Source: Thermoanaerobaculaceae bacterium (GTDB lineage Bacteria; Acidobacteriota; Thermoanaerobaculia; Multivoradales; UBA5704). From it: DNA of 64,000 nucleotides. Both the position numbers and the translations under genes were made by a program. Of this stretch, positions 10,101-37,440 are shown piece by piece. Location: NCBI GenBank assembly GCA_963712665.1, contig CAVQIV010000022.1:279215-343214 (forward strand). Direction: 5' to 3'. Every line of letters starts with the position of its first letter. The stretch's first letter is position 1. The notes under the pieces were generated by a model that did not search any database, was not told where the DNA came from, and saw only the letters and a program-made list of their open reading frames with translations.

Positions 10101-12664
10101 TCGCCGTCGAGATCGAGCCGGAGGTGTGCACCGCGGAAGGTCTCCACCGGCGGCCGCGGCCGGTCGAGAGGGAGGTCGAGCCCCGCAATCCCCGCGAGCT
10201 GCCGCCGCCAGTAGGCGAGCTCGGCGGCCTGCACCTCGCCCTGCAGCCAGCTCCGCTGCCACACGGCGTAGTCGGCGTACTGGATGGGCAGCGGCGGCAG
10301 CGGCGAGGGCCGGCCGGCCGCGAACGCCTCGTAGAGGGCCACCACCTCCCGTAGCAGCACCTGGCTCGACCAGCCGTCGGAGACGATGTGGTGGAGGTTG
10401 AACAGCAGCGCGTGCCGCTCGGGCTTCAGCCTTACCAGGGCGAAGCGGACGAGAGGTCCACGCGCGAGGTCGAACGGCCGGCGGGCGTCCCCGGTGGCGA
10501 GCTCGCCCAGGGTCCGCTCGCGCTCGGCCGGCGGCAGCACGGCCAGGTCCACCAGCGGCAGCTTCACCTCCGGATGGGGCGCGATCGCCTGGAACGGGCG
10601 CCCATCGCGATCGCCGAAGATGGTGCGTAGCGCCTCGTGCCGTTCCACGATCTCGCGCAGCACCGCCGCCAGCACCGGCACCGCCAAAGGGCCTTCCAGG
10701 AGGACGGCGGCGGGCATGCTGTAGAAGGCGGTGCCCGGCTCGAGCTGCTCCAAGAACCAAAGCCGCTCCTGGGCGAACGAGAGGGGCAGGCCGGCCGCGC
10801 CCGGGGCAGGCCGCGGCACGGGGACCAGGGGCGGCGCCACGGCACGGCCGGCGCGAGCCACGGCCAGGGCCAGCCCGGCCACCGTGGGGCTCTCGAACAG
10901 GGCCCGCAGCGGCACCTCGCGGCCGAAGACCTGGCGCACCTGAGAGATGAGCTGGGTGCCCAGCAGCGAGTGCCCTCCCAACGCGAAGAAGTCATCGCAG
11001 ATCCCCACCCGATCGAGCGCCAGGACCTGGGCGAAGATCCCGGCTAGCAGCTCCTCCTCGGCCGTGCGGGGCGCTACGGAATCCGCCTCCCCGGCCTGGA
11101 CCACAGGCGCCGGCAGAGCGCGGCGGTCCACCTTGCCGTTGGGGGTGAGCGGCAGCGCCGGCAGCTCCATCCACAGCGAGGGCAGCATGTACTCCGGCAG
11201 ACGCGACCGCAGGTGCTCGCGCAGCTCGTCCGGGAAGGCGAGGGGGACCGCTGGGCGCCGCGCCACGTAGGCCACCAGACGGAGGTCGCCCGGCACGATC
11301 TCGCGCGCCACGACCGCGACGGATTCGACCGCCGGATGGCCCGCCAGCACGGCCTCGACCTCCCCCAGCTCGATGCGGAAGCCCCGCACCTTGACCTGGT
11401 GATCGGCACGGCCCAGGAATTCTATGTCTCCCGGGCTCCCCGGCCGGCCCGTGGACCAGCGCGCGAGATCGCCCGTGCGATAGAGGCGAGCCCCAGGGAT
11501 GGCCGCGAAGGGATCGGGGACGAACCGCTCGGCCGTCAGGTCGGGGCGGCCGAAATAGCCCCGTGCGAGGCCCGCTCCCCCCAGACACAGCTCGCCGGGA
11601 ACGCCGACCGGCACGGGCCGCAGACCCCGGTCGAGCACCAAAGCCCGGCTGTTGGGCAGCGGCCTCCCGATGGTGGGCTCGCCCGGTCCCTCCCCCACCT
11701 CCAGCTCCGTGGAGTAGGTGGTGTCCTCTGACGGACCGTAGAGGTTGAGGACCCGTCCCACCGTGCCCAGCGTCCGGACGCGATCGACCAGGGACCGCCG
11801 CAGCGCCTCTCCCGCCAGGTTGACCGTGCGCACCGAGGCCGGCACCGCTCCCAGCCGCAGCAGCTCCGCCATGGCCGAGGGGACGGTGTTGATCAGCGTC
11901 ACCTCGCCCCGCGCCGGCAGCTCCGGCAGGGCCAGGGCGTTGTCCGCCAGGATCACGGTGCCGCCCCAGGAGAGCGGTGCGAACAGCTCGAAGACCGAGA
12001 GGTCGAAGCAGACCGAGGTGGCGGCCAGCGCCCCCGCCAGCTCTCCGGCCGAAAACGTCTGCCGCGCCCAGTGCATCAGCTCCACGGCGCTCTGGTGCGT
12101 GATGGCCACCCCCTTGGGCCGGCCCGTGGAGCCCGAGGTGTAGATCACGTACGCCAGGCGGGAGGGATCGGGCCGCGGCAGGTCCCTCACCTCTCTCACC
12201 GGCTCGTCATGGTCCGCCAGAACGATCCGTGCGCTGTCGAAAGGCAGGAGATCGGCGAGTGCTGCGTCCGTCACCACCACCGGGGCCGCGGAGTCGTCGA
12301 GGATCGCGGCCAGGCGCTCGCGCGGGTAGGCTGGATCGAGCGGCACGTAGGCGCCGCCGGCCGCGAGGGTGCCCAGCAGTGCCGCCACCAAGCGCGGCGC
12401 GCGCGGGAGCAGGATGGCCACCGGCACCTCCGGGCCCACTCCCGCGGCCCGCAGCCGTTGCGCCAGCCGGCTCGCCTGCCGCCTCAGCTCGCGGTAGGTG
12501 ACCCGCTCCTCGCCAGAGATCAAGGCTACGGCCTCCGGGCTCAGCGCGGCCTGCGCCGCGAAGAGCTCGTGGAGCATGGACTCGCGGCGATCGGCGATCT
12601 CTCCCCTACCAGCGGCCAGCACCTGAGAGAGCTCCGCCTCGCCGAGGAGGGGCAGGTCTCCCAC
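7028..12664 (-). CDS. NRPS modules 8 and 9: A(DltA-like)-PCP-C-A-PCP-C(N-terminal part), an intact 1878-aa frame
   Basis: The A8 core is [21 protein letters not shown] (~12125), with [17 protein letters not shown]...[10 protein letters not shown]...[14 protein letters not shown]. The A9 core is [21 protein letters not shown] (~8950), with [13 protein letters not shown] and [11 protein letters not shown]. There are two GGHSLL PCP cores and [10 protein letters not shown] domains. Confidence 0.9.
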   Translation of the reverse strand: MGDLPLLGEAELSQVLAAGRGEIADRRESMLHELFAAQAALSPEAVALISGEERVTYRELRRQASRLAQRLRAAGVGPEVPVAILLPRAPRLVAALLGTLAAGGAYVPLDPAYPRERLAAILDDSAAPVVVTDAALADLLPFDSARIVLADHDEPVREVRDLPRPDPSRLAYVIYTSGSTGRPKGVAITHQSAVELMHWARQTFSAGELAGALAATSVCFDLSVFELFAPLSWGGTVILADNALALPELPARGEVTLINTVPSAMAELLRLGAVPASVRTVNLAGEALRRSLVDRVRTLGTVGRVLNLYGPSEDTTYSTELEVGEGPGEPTIGRPLPNSRALVLDRGLRPVPVGVPGELCLGGAGLARGYFGRPDLTAERFVPDPFAAIPGARLYRTGDLARWSTGRPGSPGDIEFLGRADHQVKVRGFRIELGEVEAVLAGHPAVESVAVVAREIVPGDLRLVAYVARRPAVPLAFPDELREHLRSRLPEYMLPSLWMELPALPLTPNGKVDRRALPAPVVQAGEADSVAPRTAEEELLAGIFAQVLALDRVGICDDFFALGGHSLLGTQLISQVRQVFGREVPLRALFESPTVAGLALAVARAGRAVAPPLVPVPRPAPGAAGLPLSFAQERLWFLEQLEPGTAFYSMPAAVLLEGPLAVPVLAAVLREIVERHEALRTIFGDRDGRPFQAIAPHPEVKLPLVDLAVLPPAERERTLGELATGDARRPFDLARGPLVRFALVRLKPERHALLFNLHHIVSDGWSSQVLLREVVALYEAFAAGRPSPLPPLPIQYADYAVWQRSWLQGEVQAAELAYWRRQLAGIAGLDLPLDRPRPPVETFRGAHLRLDLDGELTAALHALSRGQGATLFMTLLAGFQALLSRLTRQVDVPVGSPIANRNRAEVEGLIGFFANTLVLRTDLAGDPGFQPLLRRVREVALEAYAHQELPFEKLVGEIQPERDMSRNPLFQVMCVLQNQPQAAAGIEGLVVRPLAVDTATAKFDLTVFWHESEGRLLGLVEFNTDLFDPATARRLSRHYEALLRGAVAAPDRPFTALPLLSPAERHQVLVEWNGTDVVAGATSCVHRWVEEQVRRSPATVAAVFEGHGLTYEELNRRANRMAHGLRRRGVGPESLVGICLERSLGMLVSMLAVLKAGGGMVALDPAYPVDRLAFIIQDARLRALITQESLLRHFPGQEAIAILLEGDTEPFPGESGEDPASGVELDNPIYAIYTSGSTGMPKGILVTHRAFANLLDWQLRRSSLSGVARTVQFATFGFCVSFQEVFSSWCSGGTLVLASEMVRRDVVGLNAFLEAQEIERLHLPFAALKHLAEAAAEQDRLPSRLREVITAGEQLQVNPTVRLLFERLPGCSLHNQYGASETHVVSALTLAGVPGSWPAIPSIGRPIVNVRIHLLDAHLEPVPVGVPGELYAAGACVPRGYLNDPVLTAQKMVPDPYAAEPGARLYRTGDSARYLADGQIEYHGRIDTQVKIRGFRVELGEIDTVLASHPAVRDAAVVAPAAREGRRLVAYVVLEEQGEETLGELRAFLKQKLPEYMVPSAFVVMESLPLNANGKLDQAALPAPDPAQQGARERVLPRNAAEAALAQIWAEVLGLEQVGVRDSFFELGGHSLLATQVVSRARAAFGVELPIRRLFEAPTIEELAAELGEPLAAATMAPAAVQPAPRLAAPPLVPLPRPLPVDVELPLSFAQERLWFLDRLEPGSALYNMPGAVRLRGRLATAALEAAIGEIVRRHEVLRTGFAEGRNRRPVQVIAPWRPRPLPAIDLSALPAATRDTVARRLAQEEATRAFALAASEASPPWMLRVTLLRLGALEHCPARHLPPHRLGRLVDRGVPGRAGGALWHVRRDGQGCPLATP

Positions 12665-15600
12665 CCGCCGCGCCGGATCGGCGACCGCCGCTCTCGAGCA
12701 GGGCTCGTGAGATGGCCCAGCATACGCGAGGCCGTGGCCGCCTCGAAGAGGTCGCGTGCTGTACTCCAGGGGCCCCGCAGCCTCCCCTCCTCCTCGGCCA
12801 GCGCCAGGGTGAGGTCGAACCTTGCGGTGCCCCTTCCTCCCGGCTGGCGGCGCCGGGCCGAAGGCGCAGGCCGGACAGCCGCAGCTCCCCCAGCGGGGCG
12901 TTCTGGAGGATGAACATCACCTGGAACAGGGGGGTGCGGGCGAGGTCGCGCTGCGGATGCAGCTCTTCGACCAATTTCTCGAAGGGGAGGTCCTGGTGGG
13001 CATAGACGTCGAGCGTGACGCGCGCGGACGCGGCCGAGCAGCTCGGCGAAGGTGGGCTCTCCCTCCAGGCTCGCCCGCAGCACCAGGGTGTTGACGAAGA
13101 AGCCGATCAGCCCCTCCGTCTCCAGCCGGTTGCGGTTGGCGATCGGCGTGCCCACCAGGAAGTCGTCCTGCGCCGCTGTAGCGCGCGAGCAGGGCCTCGA
13201 AGCCGGCGAGGAGCGTCATGAACAGGCTGGCACCCTCGCGACGGCTCAGCTCCAGCAGGTCCTGGAGGAGCGCTGGCCCGAGCTCCAGCGGCTGTGCCCC
13301 GCCCCGGCCCGCGCGCACGGCCGGCCGCGGCCGGTCGGCGGGGAGGTCGAGCTGGAGAGAGGCGCCTGCCAGCCGCTGCCGCCAGTGCGCCAGCTCGCGC
13401 TCCAGGACCGGCCCCGCCATCCAGCCGCGCTGCCAGGCGGCGAAGTCGGCGTACTGGATGGGCAGCGCGGGCAGCGGTGACGGCCGGCCGCTCGCGAACG
13501 CTTCGTGCAGCGCCGCCACCTCGCGCACCAGCACGCCGGTGGACCAGCCGTCGGACACGGCGTGATGCTGGGTGAGCAGCAGCACACCCCGGCTCGCCGC
13601 GAGCCGCAACAGCCGGGCACGCAGCAGCGGCCCGCGCTCCAGGTCGAACGGCAGCAAAGCCTCCTCGCCCGCCAACCGTTCACTCTCCTCCTCCTGGAGC
13701 GTGGCGGGCAGAGAGCCGAGGTCGACGACCGGCAGCACGGTTTCCGGCACCCGCCCGATCCGTTGCACCGGCCGCCCGTCCACTGCCGGGAACACGGTGC
13801 GCAGCACCTCGTGCCGCCGCACCACCTCGCGCAGGCTGGCGTCGAGGACGGCGACGTCGAGGCGTCCTCCCGCCTCGCTCTCCAGGTGGAGGACGGCCGG
13901 CAGGTTGTAGGTGGCCCTGCCCGGCTCCAACCGGTCGAGGAACCAGAGCCTCTCCTGGGCGAACGAGAGCGGCGGCTCGGCTCCCGGAGGCCGCGGCACG
14001 AGGGGCGGCGCCACCAGCGTCGAAGCAGGCTCGACGGCGACGCGAGGCTCGCCCAGCTCGACCGCCAGCTCCTCGATCGTCGGCGCCTCGAACAGCCGGC
14101 GGATCGGCAGCTCGACGCCGAAAGCCGCGCGGGCCCGCGACACCACCTGCGTGGCCAGCAGCGAATGGCCGCCCAGCTCGAAGAAGTTGTCGCGCACCCC
14201 CACCCGCTCCAGCGCCAGCACCTCCGCCCAGATCTGCGCCAGCGCGCTCCTCGCCGGCGGTGCGCGGCGCCACCGCCTCCTGGCGCACCTGGCGCGCCAG
14301 ATCGGGCGCGGGCAGCGCCGCCTGGTCGAGCTTGCCGTTGGCGTTGAGCGGCAGCGCCTCCAGCACCACGAAAGCCGACGGCACCATGTACTCCGGCAGC
14401 TTCCGCTGCAGGAAGCGAACGCAGCTCCTCCAGCGTCCGCTCTCCGCTCCTCCGCCAGCACCACGTACGCCACCAGACGCTTGTCCTCCCGCGCCGTCAC
14501 TGCGCGCACCACGGCCGCGTCGCGCACCGCCGGATGGCTCGCCAGCACCGTGCTCGATCTCCCCCAGCTCGACGCGGAAGCCGCGGATCTTCACCTGGTG
14601 TCGATGCGGCCGAGGTACTCGATCTCGCCAGTCGGCCAGATAGCGCGCCAGGTCGCCCGTGCGATAGAGCCGCGCTCCGGCTGCTGGCGAGACGGATCGG
14701 GAACGAACTTCTCCGCCGTCAGCACCGGGCCGTCCAGATACCCGCGCGGCCACGCAGGCGCCCGCCGACGTACAGCTCGCCCGGCACGCCTGCCGGCACC
14801 GGCTCCAGGTGCGCGTCGAGCAGATGTGATGCGCAGCGTTGGCGATCGGCCGGCCGATCGACGGGATCGCCGGCCGCGTCCGCGGGCTGCCGCGGAGGGT
14901 CAGGGCAGTCACCACGTGCGTCTCGGAGGCGCCGTACTGATTGTGCAGCGAGCAGCCGGGCAGGCGCGCCGAAGAGCGACCGCACCGCGGCGGTTGACCT
15001 GGAGCTGCTCGCCCGCCGTGATGACCTCCCGCAGGCGGACGGCAGCCGATCCTGCTCCGCCGGCCGCCGTCGGCCAGGTGCTTCAGGGCCGCGAACGGCA
15101 GGTGCAGACGCTCGATCGCCTCAGCTTCCAAGAACGCGTTGAGCCCCGCCACGTCGCGCCGCGACCATCTCGCTCGCCAGGACCAGGCGTGCCGCCCGAG
15201 CACCAGCGAGGAGAACACTTCCTGGAACGAGACGCAGAAGCCGAAGGTGGCGAACTGCGACCGTGCGCGCCGCCCCCGAGAGCGGCGAGCGCCGGAGCTG
15301 CCAGTCGCAGAAGGTTGGCGAACGCCCGGTGGGTCGACCAGGATCCCCTTGGGCGTGCCCGTCGAGCCCGAGGTGTAGATGACGTAGATCAGGTTGTCCG
15401 AGCTCGACGCCGCTCGCCGGGTCCTCGCCGCTCTCCTCCGGGAACGGCTCGCGGTCGCCTTCCAGGAGGAGAGCGATCGACCTCCGGCCCGGGAAGTGCC
15501 GCAGCAGGGATTCCTCGGTGATCAGCACCCGCAGCCGGGCATCGCGGATGATGAAGGCCAGGCGGTCCGCCGGATAGGCCGGATCGAGGGCCACCATGCC

Positions 15601-16180
15601 GCCGCCCGCCTTGAGCACCGCCAGGAGCGAGACCAGCATGCCGAGCGAGCGCTCCAGACAGATCCCCACCAGCGACTCGGGGCCTACCCCCTGCCGGCGC
15701 AGGCCGTGGGCCATGCGGTTGGCCCGCAGGTTGAGCTCCTGGTAGGTGAGAGACCGCCCCTCGAAGACAGCGGCCACGGCCTGGGGCGTCCGCCGGACCT
15801 GCTGCTCCACCAGTGGTGAACGCAGGCGGCCTCCGCCGCGGGCTCCTCCGTGCCGTTCCACTCCACCAGCGCCTGGTGACGCTCGGCGGGCGAAAGCAGC
15901 GGCAGGGCCGTGAACGGCTGGTCCGGCGCGGCGACCGCCCCCCGCAGCAGCGCCTCGTAGTGTTGCGACAGGCGCCACGCCGTGGCCGGATCGAAGAGGT
16001 CAGTGTTGAATTCGAGGAGGCCCAGCAGTCTCCCCGCGCTCTCGTGCCAGAAGACCGTCAGGTCGAACTTGGCCGTGGCGGTGTCCACGGGCAGCGGGCA
16101 GAGCACCAGGCCCTCGATCCCAGCGGCGGCCTGCGGCTGGTTCTGCAGCACGCACATCACCTGGAACAGGGGGTTGCGGC

Positions 16181-30406
<14,226 letters not shown>

Positions 30407-31000
30407 AGGGCGCGGCCTCGCCGCTCCCCGCAGCCCGGAGCTGAAGCTCCTCGGCCGGGGTGAGGAGCGGCAGAGCCGACAGGCGGCGTCCGGGGTCTCC
30501 GAGAGCGCCCGCCAGCAGGGTCGTGAAGTGGCCGGCCAGGCGGCGGATCGAGGGCGGCGCTGAAGAGGTCCGTGCGGTATTCGATCCAGCCCGCGAAGCC
30601 CTCCCGCCCCTCCGCCAGCTCGACCGCCAGCTCGAACTTGGCCGCGCCGTTGTGCGCCGTGAGCCGCCGGGCGGCGAGGCCGGGCAGGACCGGCGCCGGC
30701 GCCTCTTCCTGGAGCACGAAGAGCGCCTGGACGAGCGCGCTGTGGTCGCGGCTCCGGCCCGGCGCCAGGGCCTCGACCAGCTTCTCGAACGGGAGATCCT
30801 GGTGGAGCCAGGCGGCGAGCGTCGCCGCGCGCGTCCGCTCGAGCAGCGCGGCGAAGGAGGGATCGCCCGCCAGGTCGGCCCGCAGCGCCAGCAGGTTGAC
30901 GAAGCAGCCGATCAGCTCCTCGATCTCGATCCGCCCGCGGTTGGCCACGGGCGAGCCGACCAGGAGATCGTCCTGGCCGGTATAGCGGCCGAGGAGCGCC

Positions 31001-34000
31001 TCAAAGGCGGCAAGCAGGACCATGAACGGCGTGGCTCCCTCCCGGCGCGCGAGGGCCGCCACTGCCGCGGAAGTCTCCGGGAGACAGCGCCAGCGGCTCC
31101 CGCGCCCCGCGCGAGGACCGCGTCGCCGGGCGCGGCAGGTCGGCCGGCAGGTCGAGGACGAGAGGCGCGCCGGCCAGGCGCTGTCGCGCCGCCTCCAGCC
31201 GGACCTCCAGGGCCTCCCCGGTCAGCCACTGCCGCTCCCACCAGGCGAAGTCGCCGACCTGGACCGGCAGCTCGGCCAGGGGCGAGGGCCGGCCGGCGAT
31301 CGCGGCGCCATAGAGAACCGAGATCTCGCGCAGCAGGAGCCCCAGGGACCAGCCGTCGGAGACGATGTGGTGCATGGCCGCGACCAGCACGTGCTCCTCC
31401 GCCCCCAGCCGCAGCAGGACGGCCCGCAGCAGCGGACCCTGCGCGAGATCGAAGGGCTGTTTCGCCTCGGCTGAGACCAGCCGGTCCACCTCGGAGGTTG
31501 CAGCCGCGAGCCTCGAGAGGTCCACCATGGGCAGCGCTGCGGCCGGCGGCGGCAGAGCCCGCTGTACTAGGCTGCCAGCCATTCCCTCGAAGCGCTCTTC
31601 AAACCGCGAGCGCAGCGCCTCGTGGCGGCGGGTCACCTCTGCGAGCACCGCAGCCAGGGCCGCGACGTCGAGGGGGCCTTCGAGCCACAGGCCACCGGCG
31701 ATGTTGTAGGTGGCCGCGCCGGGCTCCAGCCGGTCGAGGAACCAGAGACGCTCCTGGGCGAAGGAGAGGGGGAGGCCCCGCTCCCGCGCCGCGGGCGGCG
31801 CCGGGACGAGAGGCGGTGCCTCGGCGCCGCGGCCGGCGACCCGCAGCGCCTCGATGGCCGCAGCCAGGGCCGCGGGCGTCGGCGCCTCGAAGATCAGCGA
31901 GAGGGGGACCTCGACGCCGAAGGCCGCGCTCGCCCGCGAGGCCACGCGGGCCGCCAGCAGCGAGTGGCCGCCAGAGGCGAAGAAGTCGTCGAAGGCGCCG
32001 GACCCCGGGGTCCCCAGCACCTCGTCCCAGATCCCCGCCAGCAACGCCTCCGCCGGCGTGCGCGGCGCGCCCCCCTCTGCCTCGGGCTTGAAGGACGGGG
32101 CTGGAAGGGACTGGCGGTCCACCTTACCGTTGGGGGTGAGCGGCAGGGCCTCCAGGGTCATCCAGGCCGTAGGGATCATGGCCTCGGGGAGCCGGCCCCG
32201 CAGGTGAGCCCGCAGCTCGCCAGCGAGGTCTGCGAAGGCGACGCGGGGGACCACGTAGGCGGCGAGGTGCGTCTCTCCCGTCTCCTGCCGCACCACCACC
32301 GCGGCTTGCCGGACGCCCGGGTGCTCGCCGAGCACGGCCTCGATCTCCCCCAGCTCGATGCGGACTCCCCGCACCTTGACTTGGTGGTCGATACGGCCGA
32401 GGAACTCCAGGCTGGCATCCTGGGCTCGCGGCGCCCAGCGGACGAGGTCGCCCGTGCGATAGAGACGGGCATCCGGGGCCTCGCCGAACGGGTCGGGCAC
32501 GAAACGCTCCGCCGTCAGCTCCGGCCGGTTCAGGTAGCCCCGCGCCAGGCTCTCGCCGCCCAAGGCCAGCTCGCCCGGCACTCCCGCCGGCAGGGGGCGC
32601 AGATGGCGGTCGAGGACATAGGCGCGGGTGTTGTCGATCGGGCGGCCGATGGGCGGCGACTGGTCCTCAGGGGAGACCGGAATGCAGGTCGCCACCACCG
32701 TGCTCTCGGTGGGCCCGTAGTGGTTGTAGAGGGTGAACGGCAGGCCCGGGCGCGGCCCCCGGTGCAGGCGGTCGCCGCCCGTCAGCAGGGCCCGCAACGG
32801 GATGTCCGACGGCCAATCTTCGGCCAAGGCGGCCTCGGCCAGCGGCGTGGGCAGGAAGGCGATCGAGATCGCCTGTTCGGCCAGCCAGGCCACGAGGCGC
32901 CGCGGCGAGGCGCGGACCTCTTCCTCCGGCACGTGCAGGCTCGCGCCCGCCGCCAGATAGGGCCAGATCTCCCACACCGCGGCGTCGAAGCCGGGACCGG
33001 CCACCTGCGACGCCCGGTCGGCCGGCGTCACGGCGTAGGTCCTCCGGTGCCAGGAGACGAGGTTGGCCAGCGCGCCGTGGGCGATGACGACTCCCTTGGG
33101 CCGGCCGGTCGAGCCGGAGGTGTAGACGACGTAAGCGGCCTGATCCGGCAGCACCTGGATGCCGGGATTCGCACCTCCGGTGTCCGGCTCGGCATCGACG
33201 CTCAGGATCCGGGCGTCCAATGACACGAGATTGGACAGCGACGCCGCCAGCCGCGACTGGGTCAGCAGAAGCTGTACAGAGCCATCCCCCCAGGCGTCCG
33301 CGAGCTGCCAGGCCAGCCGTTCCGCTGGATGCGCCGGATCGAGAGGCACGTAGGCCCCTCCCGCCTTGAGCACGGCGAGCAGCGACACCACCATCTCCGG
33401 CGAGCGCTCCATGAGGACGCCCACCCGGGTCTCCGGCGTCAGACCGTTGGCCAGCAGCCAGCCGGCCAGCCGGTTTGCCCGTTCGTCGAGCTCCCGATAG
33501 GTGAGCCCGTCTACCGCCGGGGCGCCCGGGGCCGCCGCCGCCCGCTCCTCCACCAGCCGGTGGACCGGGACCTTCCAGGCATAGGAGGCCGCGGTGCGGT
33601 TCCAGTCGCCCAGCACCTGCCACTCCTCGGCGGCGGTGAGCAGCGGCAGCTCCGAAAGGAGACGACCCGGAGCGGCCAGTGCCCCGGCCAGCAGCGCCGC
33701 ATAATGACCGGCCAGACGCTCGACGGTAGCGGCGTCGAAGAGATCGGGATTGAAACGCAGCGACGCGCCGAGCCCACCCTCGATCTCGGCGATGACCAGG
33801 GCCAGGGCGAACGGCGAGCCGGCCGGCGGCAGGTCGAGCGATTCGAGCTCCAGACCGCCCAAGGCCAGGCGCGAGCCGGCCATGCCGAGGGCGAAGCCGC
33901 CGAGATCGGCGCCCGCGCCGCGGGCCCTCTCGAAGGCGAAAACGACGTCGAAGAGGGGCGAGCGGCTGGGATCGCGCCGCGGCTGCAGACGCTCGGCCAG

Positions 34001-35599
34001 CAGGGCGAAGGGCAGGTCCTGGTGCTCGAAGGCGCCCAGCACGACCCGCCGCACCTCGGCGAGAGCAGCGGTGAAGGACGGGCCACCACCGAAGTCCGTG
34101 CGCAGCGCCACCGGGTTGACGAAGTAGCCCACCATGCCGGCGGTGGCCGCCGAGCGGCCGGCCGTGGGCGAGCCGATCAGCAGGTCGTCCTGACCGGTGT
34201 AGCGGGCGAGCACGGCCTCGAAGGCCGCCAGCAGCGCCATGAACGGCGTCGCCCCCTGGCGGTGAGCCAGTGCATTGACCTCACCGGTCACGGCGTCCAA
34301 CTGGAAGGAGCGGGCGTCGCCGGCCCAGGTCTGCACGGCCGGCCACGGCCGGTCTGTGGGCAGGTCGAGGCGCGGCGGCTCGGTCCCGCCCGGCGCCAGC
34401 GTCTCCCGCCACCAGCTCCACAGGCTCTCCCCCCACGGCCCGGCCAGCCGTTCCGCCTGCCACCGCGCCCAATCGGTGTAGCGCAGGGCGAGGGGCGGCA
34501 GCACCGCCGCCGGCCGTCCCACCTCATGGGCATAGAGAGCCCCCAGATCGCGCGCCATCACCGCCAGCGACGCGAAATCGGCGATCAGGTGATGTACCGC
34601 GAGGAACAGGATCTCGCCCTCGGGATCCCGGACCAGCCCCACCCGCAGCAGCGGCCCCGTTTCGAGATCGAAAGGCCGCCAGGCGTCGTCCAGGCTCGCG
34701 GCGATCCCCACCTCGGGGGCAAGCCGCTCGTGCACCCGCTGAACCGGCCCTGCAATACCCTCCGCGAACGTGGTGCGCAGCGCCGGGTGCCGCTCGACGA
34801 GCGCCTCGACCGCACGCTCCAGGGCCGCGACGTCCACCGCTCCCCGCACCCGCGCGGCCCCGGCGAGATGGTAGGCGAGGCTCTGAGGAGCCAGGCGGTG
34901 CAGGAACCAGAGGGCCTGCTGGCCATGGGAGAGCGGATGCTCGCCCGTTTCCTCACCGCTCGCCACGGGCTCGCCAGGGAGAGCCGCCAGCGCGGGCGTC
35001 TCCAGCCCCGTCAGGATCTCGGCCGCCAGCTCGCCCAACGTGGCTCCCTCCAGCAGGGCGGCGAGCGACGGCGCGGTACCCAGGACAGCCTCGGCCCGCG
35101 CGCGGATCTCCACGGCCGCCAGGGAGTCGAGGCCTGCGGCGGTGAGCGGCCGGTCGGCGGCCAGGCGCCAGGGAGCGACGCCCAGGGAGCGCGCGGCCTC
35201 GAGGCGCAGCCAGAATTCGAGCGCCGGTCCGCGCTCGGCCGGTGGCAGAGCCAGCAGCGCCTCGCGGCTCAGGCCGGATTGGAACGCGACAGCTTCGTCC
35301 GCTCCCTCCGTCCCGGCGCCCACGGCGCTCCTGCCCACCACCGCCAGCTCGCCCGCGAGCCAGGCGGCGCGGCTGGCGTGGCGCTGGATCTTGCCGCTGG
35401 AGGTCTTGGGGATCGAGCCCATGCGCACCAGGACGACCTCGTGCACCTGCACCTCGTGGGCCTCGGCCACGGCCTGGCGCACGGCCTCGGCAGCGGCGGC
35501 GGCCTCCCCTTCGCGGCGGCGGTCCATCTCCTGCACCACCACCAGCCGCTCCTCGCCCGCGACGTCGACGGCGAAGGCCGCGCCGCTGTCGGCGCGCAA
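31001..35599 (-). CDS. NRPS initiation region: FAAL C-terminal end, ACP, starter condensation domain, A1, PCP, and N-terminal part of the next C domain
   Basis: The FAAL tail is ...RMGSIPKTSSGKIQRHASRAAWLAG. The carrier-protein region is LTAAGLDSLAAVEIRARAEAVLG. The starter C domain carries HPLSHGQQALWFLHRL...AVHHLIADFASL. The A1 core is [21 protein letters not shown] (~33110), with GPGFDAAVWEIWPYL, LYNHYGPTESTVV, YRTGDLVRW and [30 protein letters not shown] is the PCP core. It is followed by [19 protein letters not shown]...HHIVSDGWS. Confidence 0.85.
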   Translation of the reverse strand: MRADSGAAFAVDVAGEERLVVVQEMDRRREGEAAAAAEAVRQAVAEAHEVQVHEVVLVRMGSIPKTSSGKIQRHASRAAWLAGELAVVGRSAVGAGTEGADEAVAFQSGLSREALLALPPAERGPALEFWLRLEAARSLGVAPWRLAADRPLTAAGLDSLAAVEIRARAEAVLGTAPSLAALLEGATLGELAAEILTGLETPALAALPGEPVASGEETGEHPLSHGQQALWFLHRLAPQSLAYHLAGAARVRGAVDVAALERAVEALVERHPALRTTFAEGIAGPVQRVHERLAPEVGIAASLDDAWRPFDLETGPLLRVGLVRDPEGEILFLAVHHLIADFASLAVMARDLGALYAHEVGRPAAVLPPLALRYTDWARWQAERLAGPWGESLWSWWRETLAPGGTEPPRLDLPTDRPWPAVQTWAGDARSFQLDAVTGEVNALAHRQGATPFMALLAAFEAVLARYTGQDDLLIGSPTAGRSAATAGMVGYFVNPVALRTDFGGGPSFTAALAEVRRVVLGAFEHQDLPFALLAERLQPRRDPSRSPLFDVVFAFERARGAGADLGGFALGMAGSRLALGGLELESLDLPPAGSPFALALVIAEIEGGLGASLRFNPDLFDAATVERLAGHYAALLAGALAAPGRLLSELPLLTAAEEWQVLGDWNRTAASYAWKVPVHRLVEERAAAAPGAPAVDGLTYRELDERANRLAGWLLANGLTPETRVGVLMERSPEMVVSLLAVLKAGGAYVPLDPAHPAERLAWQLADAWGDGSVQLLLTQSRLAASLSNLVSLDARILSVDAEPDTGGANPGIQVLPDQAAYVVYTSGSTGRPKGVVIAHGALANLVSWHRRTYAVTPADRASQVAGPGFDAAVWEIWPYLAAGASLHVPEEEVRASPRRLVAWLAEQAISIAFLPTPLAEAALAEDWPSDIPLRALLTGGDRLHRGPRPGLPFTLYNHYGPTESTVVATCIPVSPEDQSPPIGRPIDNTRAYVLDRHLRPLPAGVPGELALGGESLARGYLNRPELTAERFVPDPFGEAPDARLYRTGDLVRWAPRAQDASLEFLGRIDHQVKVRGVRIELGEIEAVLGEHPGVRQAAVVVRQETGETHLAAYVVPRVAFADLAGELRAHLRGRLPEAMIPTAWMTLEALPLTPNGKVDRQSLPAPSFKPEAEGGAPRTPAEALLAGIWDEVLGTPGSGAFDDFFASGGHSLLAARVASRASAAFGVEVPLSLIFEAPTPAALAAAIEALRVAGRGAEAPPLVPAPPAARERGLPLSFAQERLWFLDRLEPGAATYNIAGGLWLEGPLDVAALAAVLAEVTRRHEALRSRFEERFEGMAGSLVQRALPPPAAALPMVDLSRLAAATSEVDRLVSAEAKQPFDLAQGPLLRAVLLRLGAEEHVLVAAMHHIVSDGWSLGLLLREISVLYGAAIAGRPSPLAELPVQVGDFAWWERQWLTGEALEVRLEAARQRLAGAPLVLDLPADLPRPATRSSRGAREPLALSPGDFRGSGGPRAPGGSHAVHGPACRL

Positions 35600-35646
35600 C
35601 GCCGGGTGGCTCTGCTCCGCCGTGAGCTCGAGGTCCTGGGGATAGT

Positions 35647-35677
<31 letters not shown>

Positions 35678-35761
35678 CAGGCGGCCGGTGACGAACAGCT
35701 CGCCGTCTCCCTGAATGAAACCGAGATCGCCGGTGCGCAGCCAGGGACCGGACTCTCGCCC

Positions 35762-37088
<1,327 letters not shown>

Positions 37089-37440
37089 TCAGCATCTCGT
37101 CTCTTCTCCGTACGGCGACCGCGCACGCCGCGGATCAAGCGGCCTCGACTCCTGTTTTCCTCTCCCTTGAATATGAAGGAGACCCGGCAATCGGCGAGTG
37201 GCGAAAATCTTGCGCCTGGCTCCAGTTTCGGCGGACGTTTTGCTGCGGAGCTCGCTGGCCAATCTACTGCTTCGCCCTCCCACAAGTCAATCGCAGACGG
37301 CCTGGATCCCGGTCGCAGAAAGCCTCGCCATCAAAGTGCCTGTCAAGGCGGAAAGCGGGACCACTTGCGACGCAGACATACGGTTTCGGCTATAGTACCC
37401 GCGTTGTCCTCACGCCGATGGATTTGAGGTTTTAGCTGAC

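Noticed and set aside
37167-37427. Small plus-strand ORFs in the NRPS/permease divergent promoter (37167..37427, 37198..37395)
   Set aside because: They have no RBS, their codon usage is unlike neighbouring genes, and they lie in the AT-richer control region.
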